The notes under the pieces are model-generated. The model was not told the origin of the DNA. It ran no database searches and was given only the letters and a program-made list of their open reading frames with translations. 40,547 nt of DNA from a virus. Position 1 is the first letter of the stretch. Every line of letters begins with the position of its first letter. Shown here piece by piece: positions 1 through 8,863 of this stretch. The stretch is from positions 1-40,547 of IMG/VR virus record IMGVR_UViG_3300045988_136392, one strand, 5' to 3'. A program made the translations under genes and the position numbers.

Positions 1-80
1 ATAATACTTTCTTGCGCGCGGACGTGGCTCAGCTGGTAGAGCACAACCTTGCCAAGGTTGGGGTCGCGGGTTCGAACCCC
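1..80. repeat. 80-bp exact direct repeat, copy 1 (17 bp upstream + first 63 nt of tRNA-Gly); identical to 40468-40547
   Basis: Bases 1-80 are identical to 40468-40547, the last 80 bases of the window. The repeat may extend beyond the window end. Confidence 0.9.
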
Positions 81-93
81 GTCGTCCGCTCCA
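18..93 (+). tRNA. tRNA-Gly (anticodon GCC)
   Basis: Cloverleaf readable: acceptor GCGGACG/CGTCCGC, anticodon loop cTTGCCAa, T-loop GGTTCGAAC, 3' CCA encoded. Confidence 0.9.
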
Positions 94-141
94 TTTGATT
101 TCTCAAGCCGATTCGATTCTTTACGGTCGGCTTTTTTAATC

Positions 142-215
142 GGCGACGTGGCCAAGTGGTAAGGCAGAGGCCTGCAAAGCCTTTACCCCCGGTTCGAATC
201 CGGGCGTCGCCTCCA
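142..215 (+). tRNA. tRNA-Cys (anticodon GCA)
   Basis: Acceptor GGCGACG/CGTCGCC, anticodon loop cTGCAa, T-loop GGTTCGAATCC, CCA encoded. Confidence 0.9.
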
Positions 216-225
216 ATACGCACTC

Positions 226-258
226 AAAAGGGATTGCACACCGTGCAATCCCTTTTTT
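226..258 (+). terminator. Rho-independent terminator after the tRNA pair
   Basis: GC stem AAAAGGGATTGCAC / GTGCAATCCCTTTT followed by T-run; A-run upstream allows bidirectional function. Confidence 0.7.
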
Positions 259-647
259 GTTTCGCGTAAGGCGTGGTAGCGCTACGGGCAGGTTATAAGA
301 AATAGCGGGCTATAGGACAAAAAGCGTGTCCTATTTTGCATCTAAACCCCAGTTTGCAGCTCCAGTTTTAGCCGCTTAAAAAACCCAGACCCTTTAAGAC
401 GCCAGTAGAGAAGTGCGTTTGGCTTTAGCTTGGTGCTGCGGGGCGGGCCGCAAATTCAAACCCCTAAAAACAGCGAATGGGAAAGGAATATAGGTCATGA
501 ATTGCATCCATCCCCCTTCTCTGACTTTGCCCCGTTGCCATTATATGGGGTCCGCTTGGCTTTCGAGGGCTGCTTCATGGTGCTACAGGCCTGTTGCGAC
601 AGATCAGCCTGTTGAAAAACAAAAAATCCGACTTTTATGCAACTTTT

Positions 648-777
648 TTGCGATTAGGGACTCTTTTCGGTCCCTGGAACGTGCAAACAAGCTACTGTAC
701 GGCTGGTTACCTGCGGTTTTTACATCTTGAACCGCGATCGGGGAACTTGAACAATTCCTAATCGCAAAAAAGTTGCA
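648..777. repeat. 21-bp perfect inverted repeat pair (TGCAACTTTTTTGCGATTAGG / CCTAATCGCAAAAAAGTTGCA) flanking an 88-bp spacer; MITE-like or long-stem structure
   Basis: Arms at 648-668 and 757-777 are exact reverse complements. Lies downstream of the minus-strand transporter 3' end. Confidence 0.5.
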
Positions 778-1002
778 AAAGCGACCGTTATTTTGTTTTT
801 GGGTTCCCGAGGTTGCCGCGCGCAGGCTCCGTGGCGGGGTGGCGGCGCGCTTATGTTTCGACTGACCCGCTTTGCGGGGGAGTCGTGCTCGAATCATTTG
901 TTCGACCTAAACGGTGCGCAATCGCATCACTTGATACATTGCGCTTGGGCATAAAAGAAGCCGCTCGTGGCGGCTTCTCGGGTGGGTTATGTCCTGCTCT
1001 GC

Positions 1003-2325
1003 TTATGCTGCTGCTTTGGCGGCTTGGCGGGTTTCTTTGCGGTTCTCCAGGGCATTGACACATACAGCGGCGGACTGGTCGCCGGTGATGTTTACCACGG
1101 TACGCATCATGTCCAGAACGCGGTCTACGCCAGCTACGAGGGCGATGCCTTCAACGGGCAGGCCAACAGACTGGAGTACCATAGCGAGCATGATCATGCC
1201 GGAGCCAGGGACGCCGGCAGTACCGATGGACGAAAGCACGGCAGTGGCAACAATAACGCATTGTTGGCCAATGGTGAGGTCGATTCCGAATACTTGGGCA
1301 ATAAAGATGGCACAAACGCCTTGGTAAATAGCGGTGCCGTCCATGTTGATGGTAGCGCCAAGGGGCAGCACGAAGCTGGAAACTTCGCTGCGAACGCCCA
1401 GCTTCTTAGAGCATTCCATATTGATAGGCAGTGTGCCGACAGAGGATGCGGAAGCAAACGCAAATGCCATTGCACGCATCTGACCCTTGAAGAAGGTAAG
1501 CGGACCCATTTTCGCAATGGTTTTAACAGCGCCAGAATATACGACAACCATGTGCAGAATCATGGCCAAGTAGGCAATGAGAATGAGCTTCAGCAGTGGC
1601 AGCAGGATGTCTGGGCCGTTGGTGGCAACGACGGGGGTGATCAATCCAAATACGCCGAATGGGGCGATAGAGATGATCATATGCATGATCTTGATGCAAA
1701 CCTCGCTCATGCCGTTCACGAAGTCGGCAACAGGCTGAGCCTTTTTACCCGCTGCGAGGATACCGAAACCGAAGAAGAGGGCGATGACGATGATCTGAAG
1801 CATGCTGGCGTCAGACATGGGTTGGACGAAATTGCTGGGGAAAATGTTCACGATGGTATCGATAAACGAAGGGGCTTCTTTTGCCTCATAGTTCAGTTCA
1901 TCGGTAGAAAGAGTGTAGCCTGCTCCAACGTTGAGGACGTTGGCAATTACTAAGCCGATTACGATAGCGCATGCGGTGGTGCATAGGTAGTAGGCGATGG
2001 TTTTACCGCCGATAGCACCTACGCGTTTGATATCGGAAAGGCTGATGACGCCAGCAACCATAGAAAAGATAACCAGCGGAACAACGATCATCTTAATGAG
2101 GTTCAAGAAGATGGTTCCAAGCGGTTTTATGTACGTGGTTGCGATGTCGGGAGTACCTTGCAGAGCCAAGCCAGCTACAACACCCAATGCAAGTGCTATG
2201 AAGATCCAGGTAGTAAGCGAAAGGCGTTTGACCCAAGGCTTATTTGCCTTTTCGGCTGCAGTTGCTTTCTGAGCCTCCCTAATATCGGCTTTTGCCTCTT
2301 TTTCGAAGTCGGTTAATTCGGACAT
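1003..2325 (-). CDS. Na+/H+-dicarboxylate (glutamate/aspartate) symporter, DAACS family
   Basis: 440-aa polytopic membrane protein with the family hallmark ATINMDGTAIYQGV motif and re-entrant-loop serine-rich segments. Host gene. Confidence 0.9.
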   Translation of the reverse strand: MSELTDFEKEAKADIREAQKATAAEKANKPWVKRLSLTTWIFIALALGVVAGLALQGTPDIATTYIKPLGTIFLNLIKMIVVPLVIFSMVAGVISLSDIKRVGAIGGKTIAYYLCTTACAIVIGLVIANVLNVGAGYTLSTDELNYEAKEAPSFIDTIVNIFPSNFVQPMSDASMLQIIVIALFFGFGILAAGKKAQPVADFVNGMSEVCIKIMHMIISIAPFGVFGLITPVVATNGPDILLPLLKLILIAYLAMILHMVVVYSGAVKTIAKMGPLTFFKGQMRAMAFAFASASSVGTLPINMECSKKLGVRSEVSSFVLPLGATINMDGTAIYQGVCAIFIAQVFGIDLTIGQQCVIVATAVLSSIGTAGVPGSGMIMLAMVLQSVGLPVEGIALVAGVDRVLDMMRTVVNITGDQSAAVCVNALENRKETRQAAKAAA

Positions 2326-2552
2326 GGATGACCTTTCTTGCTCGATGTCCTTTTTTCGATTAAGCGCCTGGTGATTTACCGTGAGCGGCAGATGCAGACG
2401 TAACGATATATTTTACTCCATGGTTAGGTGTGGAGCTTCGTACGACAGCTGAAAAGTGTTATGAAGCTAAAATGCGAGCCAGACGGCACGTAGGTTAGTC
2501 TGGTTCGCATTCGTGAATAGAGACTGATGCATTGGTTAAGTTATTTTGGTTA

Positions 2553-2861
2553 TTACCCGATTGCGCTATCGAGTGCGGCTTCTAAGAATTCCCATTCGTC
2601 TTTTGTCGTTATGGGAAGAAGCTCGGTTTCTCTTAGCGGCATAGCGTTTGGGGTTTCGGCATTTGTCCTATACGCGGAGGCGAATACCGTTAGGGAACCG
2701 TCATCGCCGATGCTGTTGTCGGTGTATACCAGATAATTTTTGGTACCGCAGCTGCTTTCCACGAGCAGAAGCGCTTCGCATTCTGCGACCTGGCCATCTT
2801 CCATGATTAAGGGAAAACGAGTTTCTTTCATTCGGATGGAGCGCATCGGTACTCCTGTCAA
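2553..2861 (-). CDS. DUF1292/UPF0473-like small protein
   Basis: Pattern ..MEDGQV.ECE.L..VE......YLVY.D......DGSLTVFAS...E.EW. resembles the DUF1292 family common in Firmicutes. Confidence 0.5.
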   Translation of the reverse strand: MTGVPMRSIRMKETRFPLIMEDGQVAECEALLLVESSCGTKNYLVYTDNSIGDDGSLTVFASAYRTNAETPNAMPLRETELLPITTKDEWEFLEAALDSAIG

Positions 2862-2894
2862 TAACTACCCGTTAAACAGGTGTTTCAATGGATA

Positions 2895-3104
2895 CTAAAG
2901 ATAGATTTCGAGAAGTGCTTTTTGGACGATCTTGCGAGCGTCTTCGTTGAAAACGTTGTGCAATACCCTGAGTTCATTCAGGGTTATGGTTCCCGGATTG
3001 GCGTCCTTTTGGGCGAAGGCGTCACGGGAGAGGAACAACGCTGAAGCGCAGTCATCTAGGGACAGCCCAGAGGCTTCGCGCGCTTGTTGAACCCAGTTTT
3101 TCAT
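2895..3104 (-). CDS. small HTH DNA-binding protein, divergent from the host XRE-S24 gene promoter
   Basis: GGAGG RBS then ATG (MKNWVQQAREASGLSLDDCASAL...). Helix-turn-helix-like segment. Start chosen at the internal ATG with the best RBS spacing. Confidence 0.45.
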   Translation of the reverse strand: MKNWVQQAREASGLSLDDCASALFLSRDAFAQKDANPGTITLNELRVLHNVFNEDARKIVQKALLEIYL

Positions 3105-3211
3105 ACTCATCCTCCGCACTTGATCATTACCAGATTAACGGGTAAAAAACTGCTGTCAATCTGGGAATACCACCTTATTTGATAGCATGTTTCGCGTGGA
3201 TGGGAGGACCG

Positions 3212-3337
3212 ATGGAGAACTATATTGGCGATAGTTGCGTGAAATCATCAACGCACTTGATAAACGCAGCTCAAACGCTGAAAACGCTCCTAATCTCGTC
3301 TGCGCTGGGAAGAGTTTGGGAAGAATCGGCTCCAAAA
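3212..3337 (+). pseudogene. N-terminal remnant of host XRE-S24 gene left at attL (MENYIGD... then phage-derived out-of-context sequence)
   Basis: ATGGAGAACTATATTGGCGA encodes MENYIGD, matching MNYIGD at 39752. After the 15-bp core the sequence diverges into phage DNA and stops after 42 codons. Confidence 0.5.
3217..3231. repeat. attL core (GAACTATATTGGCGA), putative
   Basis: Exact 15-bp direct repeat of 39754-39768, about 40 bp from the integrase stop codon. Confidence 0.65.
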
Positions 3338-4455
3338 CGCTGAATTTTAGCGGTTTCTGCCGCCAAATCGCGCTCGTGAATCCTTGCGTATATGTCCATC
3401 GTTGTCGTTATGTCGCTGTGCCTTGCCATCTGCTGAATAGCCTTGATGTTCATGTCGCTCATGCAGAGATACGAGACGAACCAGTGGCGCAGATCGTGGG
3501 GGCGCGGGTCATCGAAGCCAAGCTCGGAACCGAGCTTCTTCCATGCCCTGTTGAGCGTTGAGTACGATTCCTGCTCATATATAAGATTGGTCGATACGTA
3601 CGTTTCGGGCGTTTGCGTCAGTTGAAGCGCCTTCATGTTGTTTGCCTGCGTCACGCGCCACATAGCGAGCATATCGGCAAGCGTGTCTATCATCGGGAGC
3701 GTTGCGTTCGCCGCCTTGCTCTTCGTCCCCTTGATCGTTATGAAGCCGCCCTGAATGTCCTTCCATTGCACAGCCAACGCTTCGTTTGCTCGGCAACCAG
3801 CGAGCAGGGCGAGCAGCAGAGCCATACAACGAGGGTCTTGCTGATCGTATATGTCGTAAGCCAAACGCTCGAACTGCTTAACGCTTATGGCGTTGACCTC
3901 TCGCTGATCCTTCTTCACGCTTGAGTACCCTGCAAATGGGTTGCGGCTTGCGTAGCCTTTGGGGATCGCAAAGTGCGTCATCATGCCAGAGAGCGCAGAG
4001 CAGTATATGTTGATGGTGTTACCGCTGTAGCGCCTTCCGCTGAGCGTCTTCCCATCTATCCAGCCTTTGACCATATCGACAACGTGCTTGTCGGTGATCT
4101 GCGACACGGGCAAGGCTCCGATACAATGGCAGACCGCCTTAACGGCACATTGGCGGGAGTACCGCGCATTTTCGGAAAGCTGGTGGAACGGATCGGCGGT
4201 ATCAAGCCAAAGCTCGCAGCATTGGCTGAGCGTCATCTTCTTCGATTCTGCGTGGCTCATCCCGAGCAGCTTGCGCTTGAAATCCTCGCGAGCTTGAACG
4301 GCTTCGGTGTAGCTGCCGTGAAAGGTCATCGCCCTTTGGGCATACTTTCCCGTGGCAGGGTTGATTCCTACGCTTATCTTGATCTTCCATTTGCGGCATT
4401 TCGATTTAGGCTTGTCCTCCATCGCGTATATGCCGCCTATGCCCTTCGTTCTCAT
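3271..4455 (-). CDS. int: tyrosine integrase (phage integrase family)
   Basis: C-terminal catalytic region with R...HDLRH....ARHSDITTTMDIYARIH (R-H-R-Y catalytic signature of tyrosine recombinases). N-terminal SAM-like domain. Confidence 0.95.
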   Translation of the reverse strand: MRTKGIGGIYAMEDKPKSKCRKWKIKISVGINPATGKYAQRAMTFHGSYTEAVQAREDFKRKLLGMSHAESKKMTLSQCCELWLDTADPFHQLSENARYSRQCAVKAVCHCIGALPVSQITDKHVVDMVKGWIDGKTLSGRRYSGNTINIYCSALSGMMTHFAIPKGYASRNPFAGYSSVKKDQREVNAISVKQFERLAYDIYDQQDPRCMALLLALLAGCRANEALAVQWKDIQGGFITIKGTKSKAANATLPMIDTLADMLAMWRVTQANNMKALQLTQTPETYVSTNLIYEQESYSTLNRAWKKLGSELGFDDPRPHDLRHWFVSYLCMSDMNIKAIQQMARHSDITTTMDIYARIHERDLAAETAKIQRFGADSSQTLPSADEIRSVFSV

Positions 4456-4467
4456 GGCAGCCGCCTT

Positions 4468-5212
4468 TCAGCTCATGATGCCGTACTCTGTTCTCTCGCT
4501 TATCGTCTCCCAGCCTTCATCGCCGTCTACTTGCCTGTACTTGAGCGCGTATATCGAGTATCCGTTTCTGTTGGAATCGAACTCGAGCATGTACCCATCA
4601 CGCTTGCGCCAAAGCACGTACTGCCCGTTTTCGAGGCTTCCGTCCTGCGTGTACCTCGTTGTTAACTGCATCGTGTCCTTGTTGTCGTAGGTGCACGGCG
4701 CGTCCTCGCCTGTAGGCACGCTGCATTCCACATAGCATTCGACAGGGCACCTTGGGGGGGTCTCCGTATGGCTCTGGCGGAATCGCTTTGATAACGCCGA
4801 ACGTGTAGTGGAACCTGCTCTTGTCCTTGTAGGACGGTCCAAGCACGCAGGCTTCCTTCATGATTCGTCCGTACTCGTTCGAGGGCCAGCCGTCCGTTGC
4901 GCGATCAGCTTGAGAGAACACGTACCAAGAGTGCAATATTGCCTGCATGTTTCTGGTGTAGTTCGGCTCTTCGAGGTCGCACCACTCGCTTTCTTCGACT
5001 TCGCCGGTTGCCTTGTCTATTCTTCGGCGTACGTGATAGCTGACGTTGCAGAAGTCGAACCCGCACGGCGCAACAGGCTCAAGCGTCCTGATTTCATCGA
5101 ACGTAAGGAACTCGTATCGCTTTTGTTCGCTTTGCGAAGTCGGTTCCTCCTGTGGCCTTGCGTGCTTTGCATTGATGACGTTTCTCTCCCCGAACCTTTC
5201 GAGCAATCCCAT
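4468..5212 (-). pseudogene. lysogeny-module gene of unknown function interrupted by a frameshift at a G7 (C7 on coding strand) tract
   Basis: ORFs 4598..5212 and 4468..4842 (minus) overlap in different frames. Removing one base from the homopolymer at 4754-4760 fuses them into one ORF of about 248 aa. Confidence 0.5.
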
Positions 5213-5225
5213 GTCTGAGACTCCT

Positions 5226-5894
5226 TTATAACCGAACGACCGCGTACACGACCTTGCCGAGAATCCTGACCTCTGGCGAAGATTGGTCTGTGGCATCGAT
5301 GATCATCCGCTTGTGGGACGGATTGGTGCTGTCAGGCTCAAGCACGATGAATCCGTCCATCTTCTTTATGCGCTTGACGGTAGCGTCATCGCCGTTGACC
5401 TTCACCAGCGCAACATCCCCGCTTTGAGCGTCAACGTGCGTATCTATCAGGGCGTACGACCCATCGGTTAGGACGTTGTTCATCGAATCGCCCGTTATCT
5501 GGATGAAGTAGTTCCCCTTTTTGCAATACTCTTCTGGGCATGGGATCGACCCGCAGTCAAGCTCGAACGCTGGGCATGGCTCGCCAGCGTATGCGGCTCC
5601 GATGATGGGAAGCGAGCCAGAAGCGGCAATGGGCTTTATCTTGCCATCAAATCCAGCAAGGCGCGTTTTGGCGTAATATCCATCGGAGTATCCGAACAGA
5701 TCGTTCTCCGTGACGTTGAAAACGCTGCAAAGTTGCTCGATCGCGTCTTTGCTGTTCGGACTTGTTCCCCTGTTCTCCCAATGGGAAACGGTTGCAGTTG
5801 TTATATCGAGTGCAGCGGCTAGCCTTGCCTGCGTCATATTCCTATCTTCGCGAAGAGCGCGGAGGTTCTTCCCGAAGTTGCTGTTTCGTGCCAT
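5226..5894 (-). CDS. CI-like prophage repressor (XRE-HTH + S24 LexA-like peptidase)
   Basis: N-terminal HTH (QARLAAALDITTATVSHWENG). C-terminal S24 with Ser (ITGDSM) and Lys (ATVKRIKK) dyad. Start at internal ATG 5894 with RBS. The upstream part of the long ORF lies in an AT-rich promoter region. Confidence 0.9.
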   Translation of the reverse strand: MARNSNFGKNLRALREDRNMTQARLAAALDITTATVSHWENRGTSPNSKDAIEQLCSVFNVTENDLFGYSDGYYAKTRLAGFDGKIKPIAASGSLPIIGAAYAGEPCPAFELDCGSIPCPEEYCKKGNYFIQITGDSMNNVLTDGSYALIDTHVDAQSGDVALVKVNGDDATVKRIKKMDGFIVLEPDSTNPSHKRMIIDATDQSSPEVRILGKVVYAVVRL

Positions 5895-6038
5895 AGGGTG
5901 TCCTTTCTTTCGCCCTATATACATTTTAGTTTTTATAAAAAAGTTTTGCATAAACCAAAAATATATATTTACAAACTTAAATGTATAAAATAATATATAC
6001 ATCAACGAAAGGAACCCAACCGAAAGGCGGCAGCGAAG
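5895..6038. promoter_or_regulatory. AT-rich divergent promoter/operator region of the genetic switch with TATACAT half-sites
   Basis: Markedly AT-rich 144 bp between cI-like (-) and the rightward early genes. TATATACAT at 5916-5924 and ATATATACATC at 5994-6004 match the half-site of the 6275-6298 palindrome. Confidence 0.55.
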
Positions 6039-6260
6039 ATGATGAACGCAGATGACATCAAAAAGGGCATCGAGTGCATGAAGGCTCAGAAGAAGAGCCT
6101 TGAGGAAGAGATGATTGATCTTAAAACGCACCTGGTCAGGGGCATTTACGACATGGGAAGCGAGGAGCTTATCATGGTTGCAAACAGGATCGCATACCTT
6201 GAGAAGCGAATCGAAGCGGGACGGGCGAAGATCGATCTTGCTGAGCTTATCGTCCGCTGA
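6039..6260 (+). CDS. small early protein (73 aa), coiled-coil-like, unknown function
   Basis: ORF with RBS-like AAAGGCGG upstream. No HTH recognisable. Confidence 0.45.
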   Translation: MMNADDIKKGIECMKAQKKSLEEEMIDLKTHLVRGIYDMGSEELIMVANRIAYLEKRIEAGRAKIDLAELIVR

Positions 6261-6274
6261 TTTTTTTTGCACTC

Positions 6275-6298
6275 GATGTATACAAAAACGTATACATC
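6275..6298. promoter_or_regulatory. perfect palindrome GATGTATAC-N6-GTATACATC (putative operator)
   Basis: 9-bp arms are exact reverse complements. Shares the TATACAT half-site with the cI upstream region. Confidence 0.55.
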
Positions 6299-6498
6299 AG
6301 TCAGTTAGCCGATGAATGGGCGGCTGCAAGCCGTATTAGAAGCGGGGATTTGGAACACACCGCAGCCGTTCATTCAGCGCCTAACGGCGGCGCTAAGCGC
6401 CTACGGGACTAAACACTTCTCCTAACCAGCGGATTCTTGCTAACCCTCCACCCGTAGGCGCTTTTAGAAAACAAAACGACAGACAGAAAGGAGTACGA

Positions 6499-6720
6499 AT
6501 GGACGAATGCGAGCATTACGAGAAGCGCGTTCTGCGGTATTGCGGATTCACGCCTACTAAGATGGCTCGAATCCTCGGTATCTCGCTTCCAACGGCAACG
6601 GCGAGGTTCAACGACCCGTCAACCCTCAAGGCTGACGAGCTGAAGCTTATGTTCGAGGAGCTTCACGATGATGACGCTAGGGAGATGTTCCTATCGATCA
6701 TCGGAAAAAGGAGCGCATGA
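6499..6720 (+). CDS. small HTH protein, Cro/early regulator candidate
   Basis: AAAGGAG RBS. Segment TKMARILGISLPTATARFN is HTH-like. Confidence 0.5.
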   Translation: MDECEHYEKRVLRYCGFTPTKMARILGISLPTATARFNDPSTLKADELKLMFEELHDDDAREMFLSIIGKRSA

Positions 6721-7127
6721 TGCGCGAAATCCAGCGATGGAGCAGAGCCGAGGACGCTGTTATCAGGCGCTATCGGGATCAGGGAGCTTACAGGATTCGC
6801 AAGCAGCTTCGCACCATGTGCGGCACGGATCGAACGATTGAAGCGATCCGCATGAGGGCAAGCCGCAAGGGCGTATCCCTTGCCAAATACAGGCAATGCG
6901 ATGTTTGCGGCGCTGTTCTCAACTCGCACAACAACAGCGGCAAATGCCCCGACTGCAACCTTGCAGACCGCATAGAGAACATGCAGCAGCGCAAGCGCCA
7001 CCTCGAATCGCTTGAGCGCAAGGAAGCCGATACCGAGCTAAGACGCATATACAACGCAGAGCGCCAGGCGGTGCGGCGAATGGAAAACCGCCTGAAAAAA
7101 AGTTCCGAAAAAAATACGGCGCTTTGA
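6717..7127 (+). CDS. zinc-ribbon protein (CxxC...CxxC), unknown function
   Basis: CDVCG...CPDC motif. Start overlaps the preceding stop (ATGA). Confidence 0.5.
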   Translation: MMREIQRWSRAEDAVIRRYRDQGAYRIRKQLRTMCGTDRTIEAIRMRASRKGVSLAKYRQCDVCGAVLNSHNNSGKCPDCNLADRIENMQQRKRHLESLERKEADTELRRIYNAERQAVRRMENRLKKSSEKNTAL

Positions 7128-7193
7128 CCAGGCAATTAACAGTTTTTGTAACGGAAATTCACGTTTCCAACACACAAGAAAGGACGAAGAAAG

Positions 7194-7547
7194 ATGGAAA
7201 AGAAGATCACGAAGAAAATCCGCAAGAAGGTCGCAGAGTGCATGAGTGAATCGATCGATGCAGTCGAGGTCATGCGAGTTTCGGAATCTATCGGAATCAC
7301 CGCTGACGCTATCTATGCGGTTCCTGGCGATGCTGTTCATCTTGCGAAAATCATCGTTCTTGGCGAGGACGAGGAGATTGACGATAAGCGATTAAACCGT
7401 ATCGCTTACGGTCTTTGGGTTTCCGTTGACGCGCTTGAGGAATGCGGCATCCACTTCGGCGGCGATGTCTACTGCACAACCGTCCTTGTCTGGCTCCGTA
7501 CTGATGGGAGCATCGCGCATGTTGCGATCATCGCTAAAGGAATGTAG
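7194..7547 (+). CDS. hypothetical early protein
   Basis: RBS GAAAGGACGAAGAAAG then ATG. No recognisable domain. Confidence 0.5.
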   Translation: MEKKITKKIRKKVAECMSESIDAVEVMRVSESIGITADAIYAVPGDAVHLAKIIVLGEDEEIDDKRLNRIAYGLWVSVDALEECGIHFGGDVYCTTVLVWLRTDGSIAHVAIIAKGM

Positions 7548-7549
7548 CG

Positions 7550-7786
7550 ATGGCAACGCGACTTTACACACCGCCTGAGCTGGCGAAACTGCTCAACGTA
7601 TCGGCTAAGACGATAAGGGAGAGTTGCGCGGCTGGGAGGATTCAAGCCTACGACTTCGGGGACGGAAGCTCCGTCATGTGGAGGATTCCGTTCGATGAAT
7701 CTGAGATGAAGAGCATCGGAAGGAGGAACGCAAAATGCGCCTATACGAAGGAAAGGCTCCGCGCCAACGCACAGCAAAACCGATGA
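7550..7786 (+). CDS. excisionase/MerR-type HTH (HTH_17-like) DNA-binding protein
   Basis: PELAKLLNVSAKTIRESCAAGRIQAY is the typical HTH_17/Xis-like N-terminal helix-turn-helix. Confidence 0.5.
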   Translation: MATRLYTPPELAKLLNVSAKTIRESCAAGRIQAYDFGDGSSVMWRIPFDESEMKSIGRRNAKCAYTKERLRANAQQNR

Positions 7787-7960
7787 TGCGGAAGCCTAAC
7801 CCACAACGCAATCATACCACCGCAGCAGCAGCGGAAAGGGAGCTGATGGCTTACGTGACGATCTTCTTCCTTGCCTTTTGGGCGATGGTTCTGCCCGAGT
7901 TCATAGCAGCAATAAGCAAGACCATCTTCGGATAAACGGAACCAGAGAGAAAGGAAAGGC

Positions 7961-8863
7961 ATGGAAGAAGCAAAGATCATCGAGAACGATCTTGCATTGA
8001 TCGAGATCGACACAGGCGAGGTAACGAGCCTGATCCTCGGCATGGATGCCGAGATAAGGAACTGCTCGGACATTGTAGCCGAGCTGAAAGGAAGCATCGA
8101 CCAGCTTCCAGAGATGCAGACGGAGGACGTTAAGCGCATCGCAACCGACATCAACGGGCATCTGAAACACGCAGATGAAGCGCGCAAACGCTTCAAGCGC
8201 GAGTGGAAGAAGCCGCAGGACAAGGTTGAAGCGGCTTTCAAGCAGGCGATTGAGCCTATGACCGAGCTTGTCAACGCCTACAAGGGCGAAGCGGCTAAAC
8301 GCGATCAGCAGATCAGGCAAGAGAGATATGAGCTGCTCTGCGAGTTTTACGAAGCCGATGCGCCAACGCTTGCGGCGCTTGTCCCGATCGAGCGTTTCGG
8401 GATCGTCAGAGACAAGATGAGCATTGCAAAGTCTTGGAGCCTGATAAAGGCGCAGGAGAAGCTTCACGCGCTGCTTGTGCAGGCGCTGAGCGATTGGGCG
8501 GCTCTGAAAACAAGTCACCTTGCGTTCGAGAAGGAAGCGGAAGCGGAGTTTTTTCGAACCCTCAGCCTACAGGCGGCGCTGAACCTCAACGCCATGAGGG
8601 AAGAGGAGCAGGCGCGGATCGACCAGCTCAACGCAGAGATGGGCGTTGCGCCAGAGCCAGAGCCGATGCCAGAACCAGAACCGCAGCAAGAGCCTATGCC
8701 GCAGGTTCAGCAGCAGGAACAGCCACCGTGCGAAGAAGAGCCTAGGAGCTTCACGATCACATGCAGGATGACGGAATGGCAGAAGCAGCAGGTCATCGGC
8801 TTTTTGAAATCAATCAGCGTATCAGGAACGATCAGGGAGGTTCGCGATGAACCAGCTATCTAA
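7961..8863 (+). CDS. phage recombination-module protein, DUF1351/Gp157-like
   Basis: Position immediately upstream of RecT and general composition. The family call is by recollection and not verified. Confidence 0.45.
   Translation: MEEAKIIENDLALIEIDTGEVTSLILGMDAEIRNCSDIVAELKGSIDQLPEMQTEDVKRIATDINGHLKHADEARKRFKREWKKPQDKVEAAFKQAIEPMTELVNAYKGEAAKRDQQIRQERYELLCEFYEADAPTLAALVPIERFGIVRDKMSIAKSWSLIKAQEKLHALLVQALSDWAALKTSHLAFEKEAEAEFFRTLSLQAALNLNAMREEEQARIDQLNAEMGVAPEPEPMPEPEPQQEPMPQVQQQEQPPCEEEPRSFTITCRMTEWQKQQVIGFLKSISVSGTIREVRDEPAI

Noticed and set aside
1-80. Treating the 80-bp terminal repeat as the phage attL/attR
   Set aside because: It covers the 5' two-thirds of the tRNA plus upstream DNA rather than a 3' tRNA segment. 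It lies 3 kb from int with a host transporter in between. A far better int-adjacent 15-bp repeat with a gene-restoration signature exists. The 80-bp repeat is kept as a separate unresolved observation.
430-1060. Several short overlapping ORFs between tRNA-Cys and the symporter
   Set aside because: They are mutually overlapping in both strands and contain the 21-bp inverted repeat and an RBS-less context. The region is treated as non-coding.
967-1953. 328-aa plus-strand ORF
   Set aside because: It is entirely antisense to the well-supported DAACS symporter gene. Its composition is low-complexity (Gly/Asp/Asn/His runs), typical of spurious ORFs in GC-rich DNA.
8434-8745. Arg/Ala-rich 103-aa plus ORF
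   Set aside because: It is an out-of-frame reading of the DUF1351-like gene's GC-rich 3' region.
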